Below are positions 35,356-49,389 of a stretch of DNA of 64,000 nucleotides, in pieces. Location: positions 126,859,741 to 126,923,740 of the forward strand of contig CM041465.1 of the NCBI GenBank assembly GCA_023213395.1, given 5' to 3'. Position 1 is the stretch's first letter. Every line of letters begins with the position of its first letter. The position numbers were made by a program, and so were the translations under genes. The stretch is from Cycas panzhihuaensis (lineage: Eukaryota > Plantae > Cycadophyta). The notes under the pieces were generated by a model. It was not told the DNA's origin. It did no database searches and saw only the letters and a list, made by a program, of their open reading frames with translations.

Positions 35356-37079
35356 AATATTAGAAACATACTAATCATAATCCTAAAGGCTAGACTTAGA
35401 GATAAGTGGACTACTTAAACTAAGCATGAGATATTTGGACCATAATTGACACTTAATCTTGTAAGTAAGCTATAAGGGACTCCTACAAGTAGAGTATGCC
35501 CACATCTAACTATCTTATATGAGATAAAGTAAGTGTTGGGTTATCTTAAATACTTAAGTTTAGTAGCTTTAAAGATGTACTGAACAATGTTAGAATATGG
35601 TGAAATTACACCAAATTGAATATCAATGAAAAAACTATTCAATAGAACTGACCGTTTTGAAAACGAGTTCCTACAAGTCAATATTTTAATGAATAAAAGA
35701 TACAATCCTCTTTTTGAGGCTTAACGGGAGCCTAGGTCTCAAAATATTATAAAAATGCTATTAAAAAATTTATAGAGTGATAAAAAAGATCAAATATAGT
35801 TTAGAGAGTTGCTTAATATATTTTCAGTTAAATTTTTTTTAAAAATAATATATGTAAATATGCAGTAATCACAAATTGGAGGCTATTATATACTTCAACT
35901 TTGATGGCTTTGAAAATCTACAAAAACACTCTAAAACTTATAAATAATAGTTTCATTTTGAAGAGAAGTGAGTCAACTTCCCAACGAAACTAACAGATCT
36001 AAATTCTAATGTAAAACATAAAAGTTATAATAGAAATGGTAGCAAGTATTTTTATATTAAAATATTTAAAAATGCTAAAGTGTCACTTTCACCTATTAAA
36101 ATAATGATTAAAATAAATCCTAAAAAATAAAATAAATAGATGGTGATAAAGTTTGCTGATAATAGATAACTGCAAAATAGATCCAGGAAGAAAATAATAA
36201 AATATAATTTAATAAAAAAGGGATTTTGTGAAAATAGTTTAAAATAACTGTAAAATCAACAAGTGACTTTAAATTGATTGAAAATAGGTCAAATAAGCTT
36301 TGAATAGGGCATATGACTAGTTGAAATCATACCTCAAAAGATTTTAGACTGAATGGGATAGGTTTCATCAAAAACTGATAACCCAGTGAAGAGATATAGG
36401 AAAAAATAACTAAGTACCTTATGTTTTTAAAATAATTTTTTAAAATATAAAAAATAAAATGTTATATCTTTAAGATAACCCCCTTAGATTATTAACCCAA
36501 TGGTAGACTGCGCAAGGATTGAACCCAAGACCTCACAAAAGATAAATCCCTCTGATTTTAAGAGGGTGAACTCGCTCATCAAATTTAAAATATAAGAAAC
36601 TTTTATATGAAACAAGGGGTCCCTTAATCACTTAATATAAACAGATTTGAAACTTTATGCAATTTAATTTTATTAAAATAAACTTTATAAGAGATATGTG
36701 AGTCAAAAATGTCATCATTGACTTTGTTACACGGAGAATACAAGATGTGAATAATCGCTAGAATTGATTGAATCACGCCTGACTGATTGGAGATAGGTCA
36801 CAAGGAGGTCGCCTTCGAATAAAACAAAAAGGAAAATAAAATTTCATAAAACCCAGATATATTTACCTTCATAACATTAAAGTGACGCAATGTTGAGGAT
36901 AAGCATCCAACTTATAACTTCTTTATTACATATGGTGGTAGACAGTGCCGCCAATCAGATAAACATGCATGGAAGATAACTCTTGAGTCGATAGTACAGT
37001 AGCTGAATTGATTAAAATTGAGCACCTCGATAATACAACGTATAATGTCAAATTTTAGCTAATATCTTGGGTTTCTACA

Positions 37080-37235
37080 AGATCCCCATATTGTTGACAA
37101 TTAGAGATGAGAAACTCACGTTGCTATTTGGATTGTCGATCCTTTAACGACTGTAGAAGAATGAGTTGTTCGTATATCTTCAAAGGAGGAGGATGTTCAA
37201 TTATGGTCAATAGTAGAAAATGCTCTTTTACATAC
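37080..37235 (+). pseudogene. Fragment of a KH-domain RNA-binding protein gene (PEPPER/FLK-like)
   Basis: IRDE-THVAIWIVDPLTTVEE*VVRISSKEE...VENALLH resembles the plant KH C-terminal half IREETxAxIxIxD...EERVIIISS...AExAL. Confidence 0.55.
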
Positions 37236-37311
37236 AACAACAATCTTATTTGACATAGGGGAATAATCAGATGGAAGAATCAGGTGGGAAAGATGGTTCT
37301 ATATGAATGCC

Positions 37312-37425
37312 ATGACTGAAACGATGGCGAATTCTCCTGGAGGAGATGTGGAGATACTGTACAACACTCTTCAGGTCAAACATAAGCTCTTTTATTTCAA
37401 TCTCAAGGAAAACCTGAAGGGGGGA
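37312..37425 (+). pseudogene. PURA1: N-terminal fragment of Pur-alpha
   Basis: GGDVEILYNTLQVKHKLFYFNLKENLKG versus plant Pur-alpha DVELxCKTLQVEHKLFYFDLKENPRG. Confidence 0.88.
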
Positions 37426-37947
37426 GAATGGTGGCCGAAAGGCATTCGCAATGCCAGTGCCTAGTGATTTGTGTTTGAGAGTCAACAAATGTGTCCCTAT
37501 TCCTATATTAAAGGATCAAATTGTAACTATAACTAGTGTGTTATCAGAACAACAATGGCTCATTTGCTGGGGAAAGGTTTTGATGAGGGCGCCTTCATGC
37601 AACATGCGACTATCTTGCACTATTTTCGCACACAATGATGGATATCACACACATGACGCCACTAGGGTTAAAAAAAAAGAAAATCTAAATTGAGTATTAG
37701 ACCTACTGACAAAGCAATTGATGAACTACCAATGATATCGTGTGCTTCACCTATATTTTATGAATCAAATTCAAGGGTTCAAATAAAATGGCAATCGTCA
37801 TTGCTAGGGAAGAACTAGTAAGAACTACCAAGTGATATCGTGTGTTTCGCCTATAAAATACCTTCGTTTTGAGGTTAAGGCTTAGCGTAGGAAAGAGGTG
37901 AAGGTGAGCTTACTAATTAGTCATTGCCCTTTCAACAGGAAAGGTTC

Positions 37948-38190
37948 ATGTCAGATCTAGAGGTTTAGATTCCTAGGGCCTTGGATCCATTCATGAAGGA
38001 AAATACTGAAGATTCAGGTGTTGGGTCCAAGGAATATGTTCATGTACACATACAACAACGTAACGGTAGAGAGAGTCTAACAATAGTGTAGGGCTTAAAG
38101 AAAGAGTTTAGTTTCAATAAGATTCTTAAATACCTGAAGAAAGAATTTTGTTATAATGGGACTATTGTCCAAGATCCTAAGCTGGGTCAG
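37948..38190 (+). pseudogene. SUI1: eIF1/SUI1 fragment, ~81 codons with in-frame stops
   Basis: MSDLEV*IP..DPF..EDSGVGSKEYVHVHIQQRNGRESLTIV*GLKKEFSFNKILKYLKKEFCYNGTIVQDPKLGQ. Preceded by CAACAG and ending at CAG|GT. Confidence 0.95.
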
Positions 38191-38234
38191 GTAGAAACAT
38201 CATGCAGGGGGAGCGACGGGATTAGAGATGTGTC

Positions 38235-38385
38235 AGAAAATTATTTAGAAGAATTGCACGTTAAACATACAATTTGCAAGAATTGAAAATGAAAAGGAAA
38301 GGCTGTTAAGGATGCAGTAGTAAATGTGCCACCTTATTTTGGGCAGGCAAAGATAATTAGTGTGCTCAATACAGCTCAAAGTAGC
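38235..38385 (+). pseudogene. Fragment of an ER HSP70-17 (GRP170/HYOU1-like) gene
   Basis: YLEEL...AVKDAVVNVPPYFGQAK..SVLNTAQ. VPPYFGQA is characteristic of this HSP70 subfamily. Confidence 0.75.
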
Positions 38386-38735
38386 TTTATAAGGGAGAAT
38401 ACCAAATACTAGGCTTGGGGAAATGGGTGTATGACAGTTTTGGCCAAGGCAATTGGATGGAGGTATTATAGTTATTTTTCAATGAATCAACTTAAATAAA
38501 GGGTGATAATAGTGGTCTTAAGCCCCCAAAACAACCAAAGCCATAAAAATACAAACAATATATACTGTAGCGAGTGAAATTATCAGGACACCAAAAAGGT
38601 TTAAAAATAGAAACAAGTATTGGAGACACAAGCAGATAATATAGTGACGCAATAGAGCCACAAACAAAATTTAAAAAAATTTAAATATAATAGAGAAATA
38701 TATACATAATCAAAAAAATTCTAAATATAATAGAG

Positions 38736-38865
<130 letters not shown>

Positions 38866-39139
38866 CTGAATGTAAAGTACAAAGAACCTAGTAATATCAC
38901 TGTGACAAATTTATAGAATATGACTTCAGAGTGTAAGAAGGTCTTGATCAATGGTCAAAACTCTAAACCATCTTCTTTAGTAGACATGTGAGCTTGCCAA
39001 GATTCTAATAAGCAGTCATATGTAACTATTCTGCTAGATGTATGAGAAGCTAGATTAATATGAATAAATATCAAACATCTCTTTGGCTTTGATACCAAAT
39101 GTAGGAAAATATACATGCCCAAATGACTCTGATACTAAA

Positions 39140-40786
39140 TGATGGATTCAGAGGAGCAGAGTAGGACATTAGATCAAGTGCATTTTGAGAAAATAAGTGA
39201 TTTCTAATTGTTCACAGTGTTTAAAGACACCAGGGTTACACACCCCTCTAAATATATAGTTTAGGGGAGGAGGGAAACTCCTCAACCCCTAGAATTCAAA
39301 CAATAATAAAATATTATAAACTTAACTCAAAATAACTTAACTCAAATCAACTTAACCTTACCTTTACTTACCTTCACATGTTGAGCACCCACATGTATAA
39401 ATTGGTAAGAGTAGGGTGTGCACTCCTGGTTGAAAGGTAGGAGTGGGGTGATGATCATTAATCCCATTCATCATATTTTAAAGTTTATTCTAAATGCACA
39501 CACTTATTGAAAGTATTTTTTCCATTTATCATTGTTGAAAAATTCATTTCCCTATTACACTTATAAAAGTTGCATCTAGTTTCTTTAATTTCCAAAGGCA
39601 TCTTTTATTTTTTCAAAGGGAATTACATTTTTTTTAAAGAGTATATTTGAAATTATATAAGTTTATTAATTTATTGAGTTCTTTAACTTAGTAAAAGCAT
39701 ATCTTTTTTATATACAAAAGTTTTTTTTCTATTCAAATGGCAATCAATCTTAATAAAGTACAATTTCCTATATTTGATAGCCATAATTTCTCATAATAGT
39801 ATAAAACAATACACAAATATTTCATTACAAATGATCTTTAGAAATACTTACAAAATGAATATGAGCTTATTATTAAAGAAAACTTTAAAAAGGATAATGA
39901 AATCTTAGGAATATTATTTTGTACTATAGATGATAATGTATTTTCTAAAGTTTATGAACTAATAGCTTCTAAATATGTATGGGACATCTTAATTTCTACT
40001 TATGGGGGAGATACCCTCAATGAATTTAATATTGATATTATTGAGCATGTGAGACAGGTGCCAGAGCAAATGGATTGTAATTAAAATACCAAGGAAAATT
40101 TAAGTCAAATGTATGATCATTTTGTTGCATAAGAACCTGATCCTCCATTTGAGGGGGAGGAATCTTATGATATGGTAGAGGAGAGATCTTATCATATGAT
40201 AGTTGCTCACAACATAAAGACTTTAAAAGACAAAGTTAAAGTTCCAGAAGATAAAGTTAAAGTTGCAACCACACTTCCACATTCACATCAAACTACATTT
40301 ACTTAGAGATTTTTTGCACCACTCAATTGTAAAAGGATGAGGCAAGTTAATAAAGATCAATCTAAGAGATAGATTTTAAAAGTTTTTTTCTAAGTAAGAA
40401 TTTCATAAGTTTAAAGAAAAGACAAGTTGTTTGAGATGACCATTAAGGGTGAGAATGTTGGGATTAATGATCATCATCCCACTCCCACCTTTCAACCAGG
40501 ATTGCACACCCCACTGTCACCAATTTACACATGTAGGTGTTCAACATGTGAAGGTAAGTAAAAGGTAAGGTTAAGTTGATTTGAGTTAAGTTATTTTGAG
40601 TTAAGTTTGTAATATTCTATTATTGTTTGAATTCTAGGGGTTGAAGAGTTTCCCTCCTCCCCCAAGCTATATATTTAGAGGGGTATGCAACCCTAGTATT
40701 TTTAAACACTGCCAACAATCAGAAATCACCTGTTTTCTCAAAATGCACTTAATCTAATGTCTTGCTCTGCTCCTCTGAATCCATCA
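39140..40786. mobile_element. Two ~330-bp same-family LTRs in inverted orientation (39140-~39470 and 40457-40786) around a Copia gag remnant
   Basis: The arms are reverse complements. The left arm has a PBS-like CTCTGATACTA just outside it. The right arm is preceded by PPT AAGGGTGAGAA. Gag remnant DDNVFSKV..ASKYVWDIL at ~39890-40010. Confidence 0.85.
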
Positions 40787-42899
40787 GTAAGGAGATCAAA
40801 TCATATTCTTTTAATATATAAGACTAGCATGCTAAGGTCATGAATTGATTTATCTCCTAAAAAAGTTATAATTTGAAAGGAGTAATTGAGGAAAATCTAA
40901 TCAAGAGTGTAAGACAACTGCTTATTCTTTGAATCACATATGATTTGGAGAATAACACTCCTCTCCTAAGATAAAAAATTATTTAGAAAATATAAGCATG
41001 AAAAGGAAATAAAGGGAAAAAAGTAATTTCAAATTGAAATAAGAAGCAATTGCTAATTTGATTATAGAATCATGCAACAAAAACTAAACATACAACTAAT
41101 TAAACGATATGCACAAGAAAGAAAAGTATGAATTTGAAGTTGTAGTTATAATTTACTCTAGCCCATGTTAAATAAAATGTGTTTCACTTTAAAAATAGTA
41201 AATAAATAGGTAGCTATAGGGTTGGTAATAAGGTGGGAAAACTAAAAAGTACAGTTACTTGAAATCACTCCTCAATGAGGTTAAGTTGTCATTTTATATT
41301 ACCATTTCTAAACTCTAATATGTCAATCCTATTTCTTACCAAATAGATTAGCAAGCAAAGCATATAAATCAAAGATAGAGAGGAGATAAGCATGAAAGAG
41401 AAAATTAAACTAATTATCAAAATTATCAAATAAATAGTTAAATAAAATGCACCTCGATGATACTTACTGATTATATAATGAAATAAGAATCCTATCCATC
41501 ATATTTGAGAAAAATATTGCAAAAAACTAAGAAATCCACCAAAACCTAAAAAAATTATCAAATAACAAAGTATATATAATGCTAAAATGAATCTAAATAA
41601 CATATGAAATCTACCCAATAGAAATCCAAGATAAGATTATTAAACCTATGGAAATTCTAGTAGCATTTCTACTACAATTGAAAATTTTCCAACAAGGTGA
41701 CAAATGTAATCCACTTGATAATACTATATAACAAATATTAACTCAAAAGGAATTAGGCTAAAATTAAATAATTCTAAGAAACTTAAGCAACTTCAATGGA
41801 TACACTCAAAGAATTTCTAAGAAATATAATGAATGTCATACTAAATCTTATTAAGAAAGAGATAGCATGTCATTGTTGTTACTTAAACTATGCCTAGTAT
41901 TAATCCAAATAACAGGAAAATGCACAACTCATTAGTGTATCCACTTACATAAATTAAGATACCCTAGTATGTTTATTTCACTGTAAATTACCCCTTTGAT
42001 TAGTACATATTTTTAATTAATAGAATTGATTGCTTCTGCTATAGGGTACATTAGGAGATGATGGGTGAAGGTTAGAGAAGAGAAGGTAGGTGTAATGACA
42101 ACTTGTTTCTTGCTAGCAATCAATAAATGTACAAAATATTTTCATTAACACCAACTTAGGAAATAAAACCATATATTGTATATTCTAAATACCTAATATT
42201 AAGGACAATCTAATGTAATTAACTAAGCCAAGCCATCATTCATATACCCTTTAAGACTGAGCTTTGAGAGTAAAATAACAATGAATAATCATATTATACA
42301 TATAATCCATGGTGCAAAAATCCCTAAAATTTCAAAGAACTAACTCATTCATCAATAATTTATCAAACGTATTTCATAACATGTTGGAAACAAATGAAGT
42401 TATTTGCTAAAATTTAAAAGAATAGGATTGCATCTAAAAATGGCTTATACAATTCTTGTTTGCTTAGGATAGGGCTTTAACCCAACATAAAGGGAATAGG
42501 AAATTAGATAATTAGAAGCATTTATCTTGAAATAGTTACTAAAGTGTCTTTAAGCTCTCCTTTTTTATTCATTACCTACTTGCTCCTATCTATTCTTGTT
42601 TCATAGACATATTAACAATTTTGGATAAAATGTCCATTCTTTTCTTTGCTCTTATCCTTACTTGCTATTTCATTCTTAAATTTAAGGAAAGCTCTAATTT
42701 AGATATGCAAGGATTTAAGTATAATCTAGGATAACAAATATAAGGATGAAGATGAAACTATTTTGCCAAGATCTTCAAAGTTCACAACATGTTATCTATT
42801 TATAGATCAAATTGTCCATATCTCAATATATATAAACATCGAAGAATTAGATTTAATGATCTATTTTATTGTATATTTTGGATTAAATTCTTAATTCAT

Positions 42900-45800
42900 G
42901 GTTATATAATAATATCTTCTCAATGAAATATACCTCTAGAGATAAGGTTTGCAAAGTTATTATTGATAGTGGTAACTATGAGAATATGGTTTTTAATAAG
43001 ATACTAGAAAAACTAGGCTTGTATTATGAAAGATATCCTACTTCCTACCAAATTTCTTAGGTCCAAAAAGGGAGTGAGGTACATATGGATAAGAGGCATT
43101 TGGTAAAATTTACCATTAAGAATACATATCAAAATACGGTATAATATGATGTTCTTACAATGAATGCATGCCATGTATTTTGAGGGAGGCTATGACAATA
43201 TAATAGGAGTGTATATTATGACAAAAGGAAGAATACTCATAACTTTTAAAAGGATGGTGTGAAAGTGGTGATGTTACGTATGAAGGTAGAAGTGCAAGTA
43301 GAGACTATGTTGATAATAAAGGAATTTATGAGAGAAGTAAAGCTGACTAATATTTTTATTATGCCTTAATAGAAAGGAGGTTAAGGAAGAGGATGTACAT
43401 ATACCAGATGAGGCAACAAGCATACTAATAAAGTATACAGATGTGATATGAGATGAGTTGTTAGATGGATCACCACCTATAAGGGACATCTAATATCACA
43501 CCAACCTAACTCTAGGACGAACCCTACTAAATTAACTAATCCATAGAATGAGACCAATAGAGAACATAGAATTAAACAAACAAGTGAGTGAGTTAATAAG
43601 GAATGGTATGGTAAGGGAGATATTAAGTCCATATATGACTCTTATATTATTGGCTCTAAAGAAATATGGTAGTTGGAGGATGTATTTTGATTATAAGGTA
43701 ATAAAAAAGATTACCATCAAGTATACATTTCCTATACCTTAAATGGATGACATGATGAATGTGCTTAAAGGAGCTTTATCCTTCATGAAGATTGACCTAA
43801 AAGTGACTATTATTAGATTCAAATTTAAGAAGGATATCATTGAAAATTTGCCTTCAAAACCAAGGATGACTTGTATGAGTAAATGGTTATATTATTTATA
43901 ATGTATAATTCACTAAGAATATTTATAAGGATGATGAACACAATGATGAAATATTGTATTAGTAAGTTTATTGTGATCTATTTTGATGATTTTTTGATAG
44001 TTAGTAAAATTAAGTAATACCTAATGCACTTGAAGAAGGTATTTGAGTTATTAAGGAAGGAGAAACTATATGCAAACTTAAAGAAATATAGATTCATGTA
44101 AAGGGGATTAGTATATTTAGGTATTTTTATTTCTCAATAAGGATTGTAAATGGATTAAGATATGATCACAATAATTATTGAGTAGCCTACTCCACAAACT
44201 ATGACAAAGGTAAGGAGCTTTAATGGGTTAGCTATTATTTACAAAAAGTTCATCATGAATTTTAGTAGCATTATTGCCTCAGTTATAGATTGCTTAAAAG
44301 GAAAGGAATTTGATTAGATGAGCACAACAAAATAGAGCTTCTACTTGCTAAAGAAAAAGCTAATAAAGACACCTATTATTATATTTCCAGATTTTGGTAA
44401 AATTTTTAAAGTTAATTATGATTCCTCACATGTGGCTATTGGAGAAATATTAAATCAAGAAAGAAGGCCAATAACATATTACAATGAAAAGTTGAATAAG
44501 ATAAGAAAAAAATATTCTACTTATAATATAGAATTCTATGTTATTATATAAGCATTGAGGCATTAGAGTCAGTATCTTATGCCTAAGGAGCTTATCTTCT
44601 TTATAGACCATTAAGCATTAAGGTATGTAAATATGCAAAAGAAGAGAAATGTTAGATACACAAAGTCGTTTCCATATTTGTAGGGCTTTACTTTCATCCT
44701 AAAGCATAAATATGGAAAGTAAAATCAAGTCGGCAATATATTAAGTAGAAAAGTAGTCCTATTAACCATTATGACCAAGGAAGTGGTTAGATTTGGTGCT
44801 TTCAAGGATTTATATGATACTAATCTAAATTTTAACGATGTTATGGAATATTGTGGGAATCCCTTAGTTAATGGGAATGAGTTTAAGTATAAGGACTATT
44901 TCATGTAAGATGGATACCTATTAAAGGAAAGATAATTATGTATTATGGTTGGATCCATGAGGGGAAATATTATGAAGGAATTGCATAATGGGGGTCTTAG
45001 AGGATACTTTAGTAGGAATAAGATGATAAATTTAGTGGAGGAGAAGTATTATTAGACATAAAGCACAATACAAAAAAGTATATGGCAAGGTACAAGATTT
45101 ATTAATTGGCAAGAGGACATATACATAACACTAAACTATATATACCATTACCAATGTTAGAAAGACCATGGACATTTTTTAGTATGGACTTTACGTTAGG
45201 ATTACTAAGCACCCAATGAGATGATGATTTTATCTTTATTATTATAGATTTAAAAATGGTTTATCTTATTGCATATAAAAAGACTGGTAATGTAATAGGG
45301 ATAGTAGACTTATTTTTTAAAGAGGTTGCTAGGTTATATAGGGTGTCAAAAACTACAACTTTATATAGAGATAATAAGTTTTTGAGTTAATTCTTAAAAA
45401 TATTATGGATGAAGTTGGGAAAAAAGTTATAATTTAGTAATCCTTAATATCCATAAATTGATGGGTAGATGAAGGTGGTAAATAAGATTTTAGGGAACCT
45501 ATTAAGATGATTATTACAGAAAAGCCTAAGCATTGGTACTTGGTATTAGTATAGAATGAGTTTGCTTATAACAAATCTATGAATAGATTAATAAGTAAGT
45601 CACCATTTTAAATTATATATGGTAGGAATCCTAAGAGGAGTATTAGTTTTGATATAATTATCCATTAGGTATAGGATAAGCTATGATGTAGAGGCTTTTG
45701 TAAAAAATATACAAGAAGTATATGATAATGTGAAAAAGAAATTATAGGACAATAATGACAAGCATAAGGAAGCGATAAATCTAAGTAGAAGAAATAAGAT

Positions 45801-46200
45801 ATTTGAAAAAGTGGATTTGGTGATGGTGTACTTAAGGAATGATAGGTTTCCTCAAGGTACATATAACAAGTTAAAATATAAGAAGATAGATTCATATATA
45901 ATTATAAATAAATTTAATAGCAATGCCTATTAGGTGAATCTATCCTAGAATATTAATATTTCACTTGTATTTAGTGTTTCTAATTTGTATGATTTTAAAA
46001 AAAGAGATGATTAGGTAGATGATAAGGAAGAAGAGGTGAATTAGAGGCAATAAATACCAAGGAAGAAGAGGGATGCAATGGAGCATCTATTAGATAAGAA
46101 AATAGTTTCTACAAGATATGGAAATTATGATAGGTATTTGGTCCAATGGAAAGGCCTACATTAGAAGGATATTACCTAGATTTCTTAAGATAAACTAATA
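42900..46200 (+). mobile_element. Decayed CRM-like Gypsy pol remnant; copy 2
   Basis: Same motifs and largely the same disabling mutations as 660-3960. Confidence 0.9.
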
Positions 46201-47250
46201 CCTAACTAATTAGAAGGACAATACCTAAATTTCCAACTAATTTTAAACTAAGAAGAATTATTTCCCCTAATAGTATTTGATTCTATACCTTTAAAGGTAA
46301 TAAAATAGACTTAATGGGAATAAGACATCCTAAGTTACAAAGGACATTATGTACTTAAGAATAAAAGTAGATATCCTACTATAAAGTGGTCTCAACCTTA
46401 GAAGTATATTATGTAAGATGTTTGTAAGTTATGGGTGGATTGCATTGAATTAACCCATAATAATATTTAGGAGGGATCAAATAAGTGCTTTGTGAAAGCT
46501 TCAAAAGAACTTTGCCATCCCTAACAAGATTTACCACCAAAGAGATCTCCTCATGATATAATCAAGGTAGGTCTATAATGTCACAAATAGAGGAATTAAC
46601 ACTAAGCTAATAAATCTCTAAAGTACATCTCTCTAAATCACTCTTAAAAGGATTTCATGGAGAATTTGAAAAGGGAAAGTAGGGAAAATACTTAGTATCT
46701 AACTAAAGAATATGGGGATTATAGTTGACTTACATAAACCTAGCTTACCCCATTGGGCTTATGCTTAAAAGTAATGTAATCACTTGTGAAATTATCCCCA
46801 ACATTTGATGTGAGGTAAGTATAGATGCCTCTAAGTTAGATAAAGAGTCAAATCTGACTCACCTTTAAGTTATTCATAGGCATATATATATATATATATA
46901 ATAGTACGACATATAGAAAAGATATCAACATTCTATTATTTCTACCATTATGTGCTTTAATTTATGGATACTATTATCTAGACAATGTCCCTTACTTATA
47001 GTGTATTGGTGTACAGTAATTTCTATAAAGTATATAGGACTAAAGATTTGATACACATGCTATAAAATAATTACTTGGTTGGTCTCTTGGTTGAATATTT
47101 AGTATGGAGAGCACAAATTATTATAAATGACCTAAGAGAGGCCATTGTATTAAATATTTATAATCCAATAATGGGAAGAGAAGGTAGCATGATGAGAATG
47201 GGTTAAAGCATGGAAGCACTCTTTGTTGTTGTTCTTCTTCTATATGCCTT

Positions 47251-48250
47251 GTATCTCCTCTATGGTGATCAACTAACAAAGATGGGTACCACATGCTTAA
47301 GGTTGCAGAACACCTCAGTACAAGATTATTGGTAAATTTTATGAAGAAAATTTTAGGAGAGTATGTAGCCATCAAGTGTATATGAAGTATATCAAAATAT
47401 GGTGTTGCAGTTATGATTGAAATTCATCTTCATTGTATGTTGGCAAAGTATGATGGGAATGGATTATAGGGTTGCCTATAACTAAATAATTGGTTTTATT
47501 ATCATTCCCATGTGTGCATTATTTATGAAAAGCTTGGAGCAAGTTTATATAATTTATTATGTGAAAGTAATCACTAACCATTGTCTATTGTTCTGGTTCA
47601 AGAATACACACATTAACTCTTAGAGGATATTACATTTATTCATGACCTAACATTCGCAAATAAATATCTAAAATGTAAGAACATTCTTCTTGTCTCTTCT
47701 AAGTATATAAAGGTGCTTGAGAAGCATTATAAGTGCATTCCCACATCAAGCATAATTAAACTCATAAATTTTGGTAATGATACACTTGAGAACTAACACC
47801 ATAGATTGGTAGTTTCCACAAGAGGATACTAAGCACCTAAGGTGATTTAGAATATTAGATGGAGTTATCCATGTGATTTGTAGAGTGTTGAGTGTATTTT
47901 GGTGGAATTATGTCATGGAAATGACCTTTCTTAGGATAATGATAATTTGGAGCACCTTATACTGATGGAGCAAGTATTGGGATTATTCCTCAATATATGA
48001 TAAAATAGGTAGCTCAATGTACAAGGGAGTACATAATAAATGGTAGGGAACTCAACTAACTAGAGAGGGTTGTATTTAAGGAGATTGTTCAAGCAGTTTG
48101 GACTTAACCCCACCTATGGAATATTCTTAATCAAAATGAGGAAAACTCATCAAGAACCCTCATTAAGTTAGTTTATGGTTTGTTGAAGTTTAATCCTAAT
48201 AAGCATCTCTCTACTAAGGAAGATTTGAAGCACTATTTCTTTAGAGGGAA
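47251..48250 (+). pseudogene. AFC: Processed (intronless) pseudogene of a LAMMER kinase (AFC family)
   Basis: EYVAIK..SISKY..MIEI, HVCIIYEKLGASLY, KNILLVS, VVSTRGY*APKVI..WSYPCDL*SV.CILVELC, NLEHLILMEQVLG (EHLAMMERVLG signature). Collinear within ~1 kb, no introns. Confidence 0.92.
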
Positions 48251-49389
48251 ATGAACATAGATGATAGATCCATAGGAATCTTTAGGAGTCACTTGTGATT
48301 GCCTGTCTAATATGTAATTTACATTATGTTCTAAATATTACTAATACTTAAATTTAAGAAAAGAAAAGGGATTTTATGCCTTGTATTATGTTATTGAAAT
48401 TTATATGTGATCTATCTCTATTTATGTATTTATGAGTGCTTTCTGTGTTAGATTATATTTTCTCTATGTAGTTGTAGTTATAACTTGTTAGTCTTCATTT
48501 TCATTGCATTATAATTTTCTCACTAAGTTTTTTTATATTTTTATTCCTAACTCTCTTGACACCTAAAAACCCTCTTTGCTATGAATGAACTATGATTTGT
48601 AAATAACTAATACTAATAAGATCTTCCAAATCACCCCTACTTGTAGGGGTGTTAAGCTTTTACTTTCCTACTTCCACTATGCCTTGACTATAAAGTAGTG
48701 TGGAAGAAGCAATTAACAACCACTACTAGTGTTGTCACCATTGCACGTTCCCATTCAAAGTAATTTTTTTGTGTCCAAAGAGATGGGCACCTAGGAAAGA
48801 AGGGTAAGAAAAGGGAAAAAAAAAAAAGAACTCACATGTTGAAAAATAATAAAAATTATAAGAATTTAATAATACTAGTATAGACTGTGTAGTCTATGAG
48901 TGTTGATTAGCAATCACAAACTTGTAATGGGTTATAATGTGGCATCAAGAGTGACCACATTATAGGAAATATGCAAGTGTTAGAGAATAGGTATGAAATC
49001 ATATAGTCATCCTCCATTTGACATGAGATAATTGAGATATTTCATAGTTAACTATTTGTATTTAATATGTAGTCCATGTTACCTTATCATAAGGGCATGC
49101 TTACTTGGTTGAGAGATACATCAATCAATTGATTGCATTTAATATGTAAACCATGTTACCTTACTAAAGGGGAGATGCATGGATTTTATGGAGGAGAAGA
49201 GTTACCCATTTACATTTAATTTTATTTCTTTTTATTTTTTTTCAAATTACTTCCATCACATGGCTTGGAGTAAATAGTCATAGCCAAAGTCCATTAGAGT
49301 TACTTATCAACACATAATAAATTATTTATTTAAAATTATTTTTAAGTATCTTATACTTGTTTAAATAATTGGCTAATAAAATAATAGAT

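Noticed and set aside
36500-36535. tRNA-like 3' half on the minus strand (GGTTCAATCC...CCA)
   Set aside because: No D-arm or anticodon arm and no matching acceptor stem. At most a SINE/MITE-like relic.
35580-38700. Defined Helitron or MULE boundaries around the gene-fragment mosaic
   Set aside because: I found no convincing TIR pair, TSD or hairpin-CTRR end by eye, so no element was annotated.
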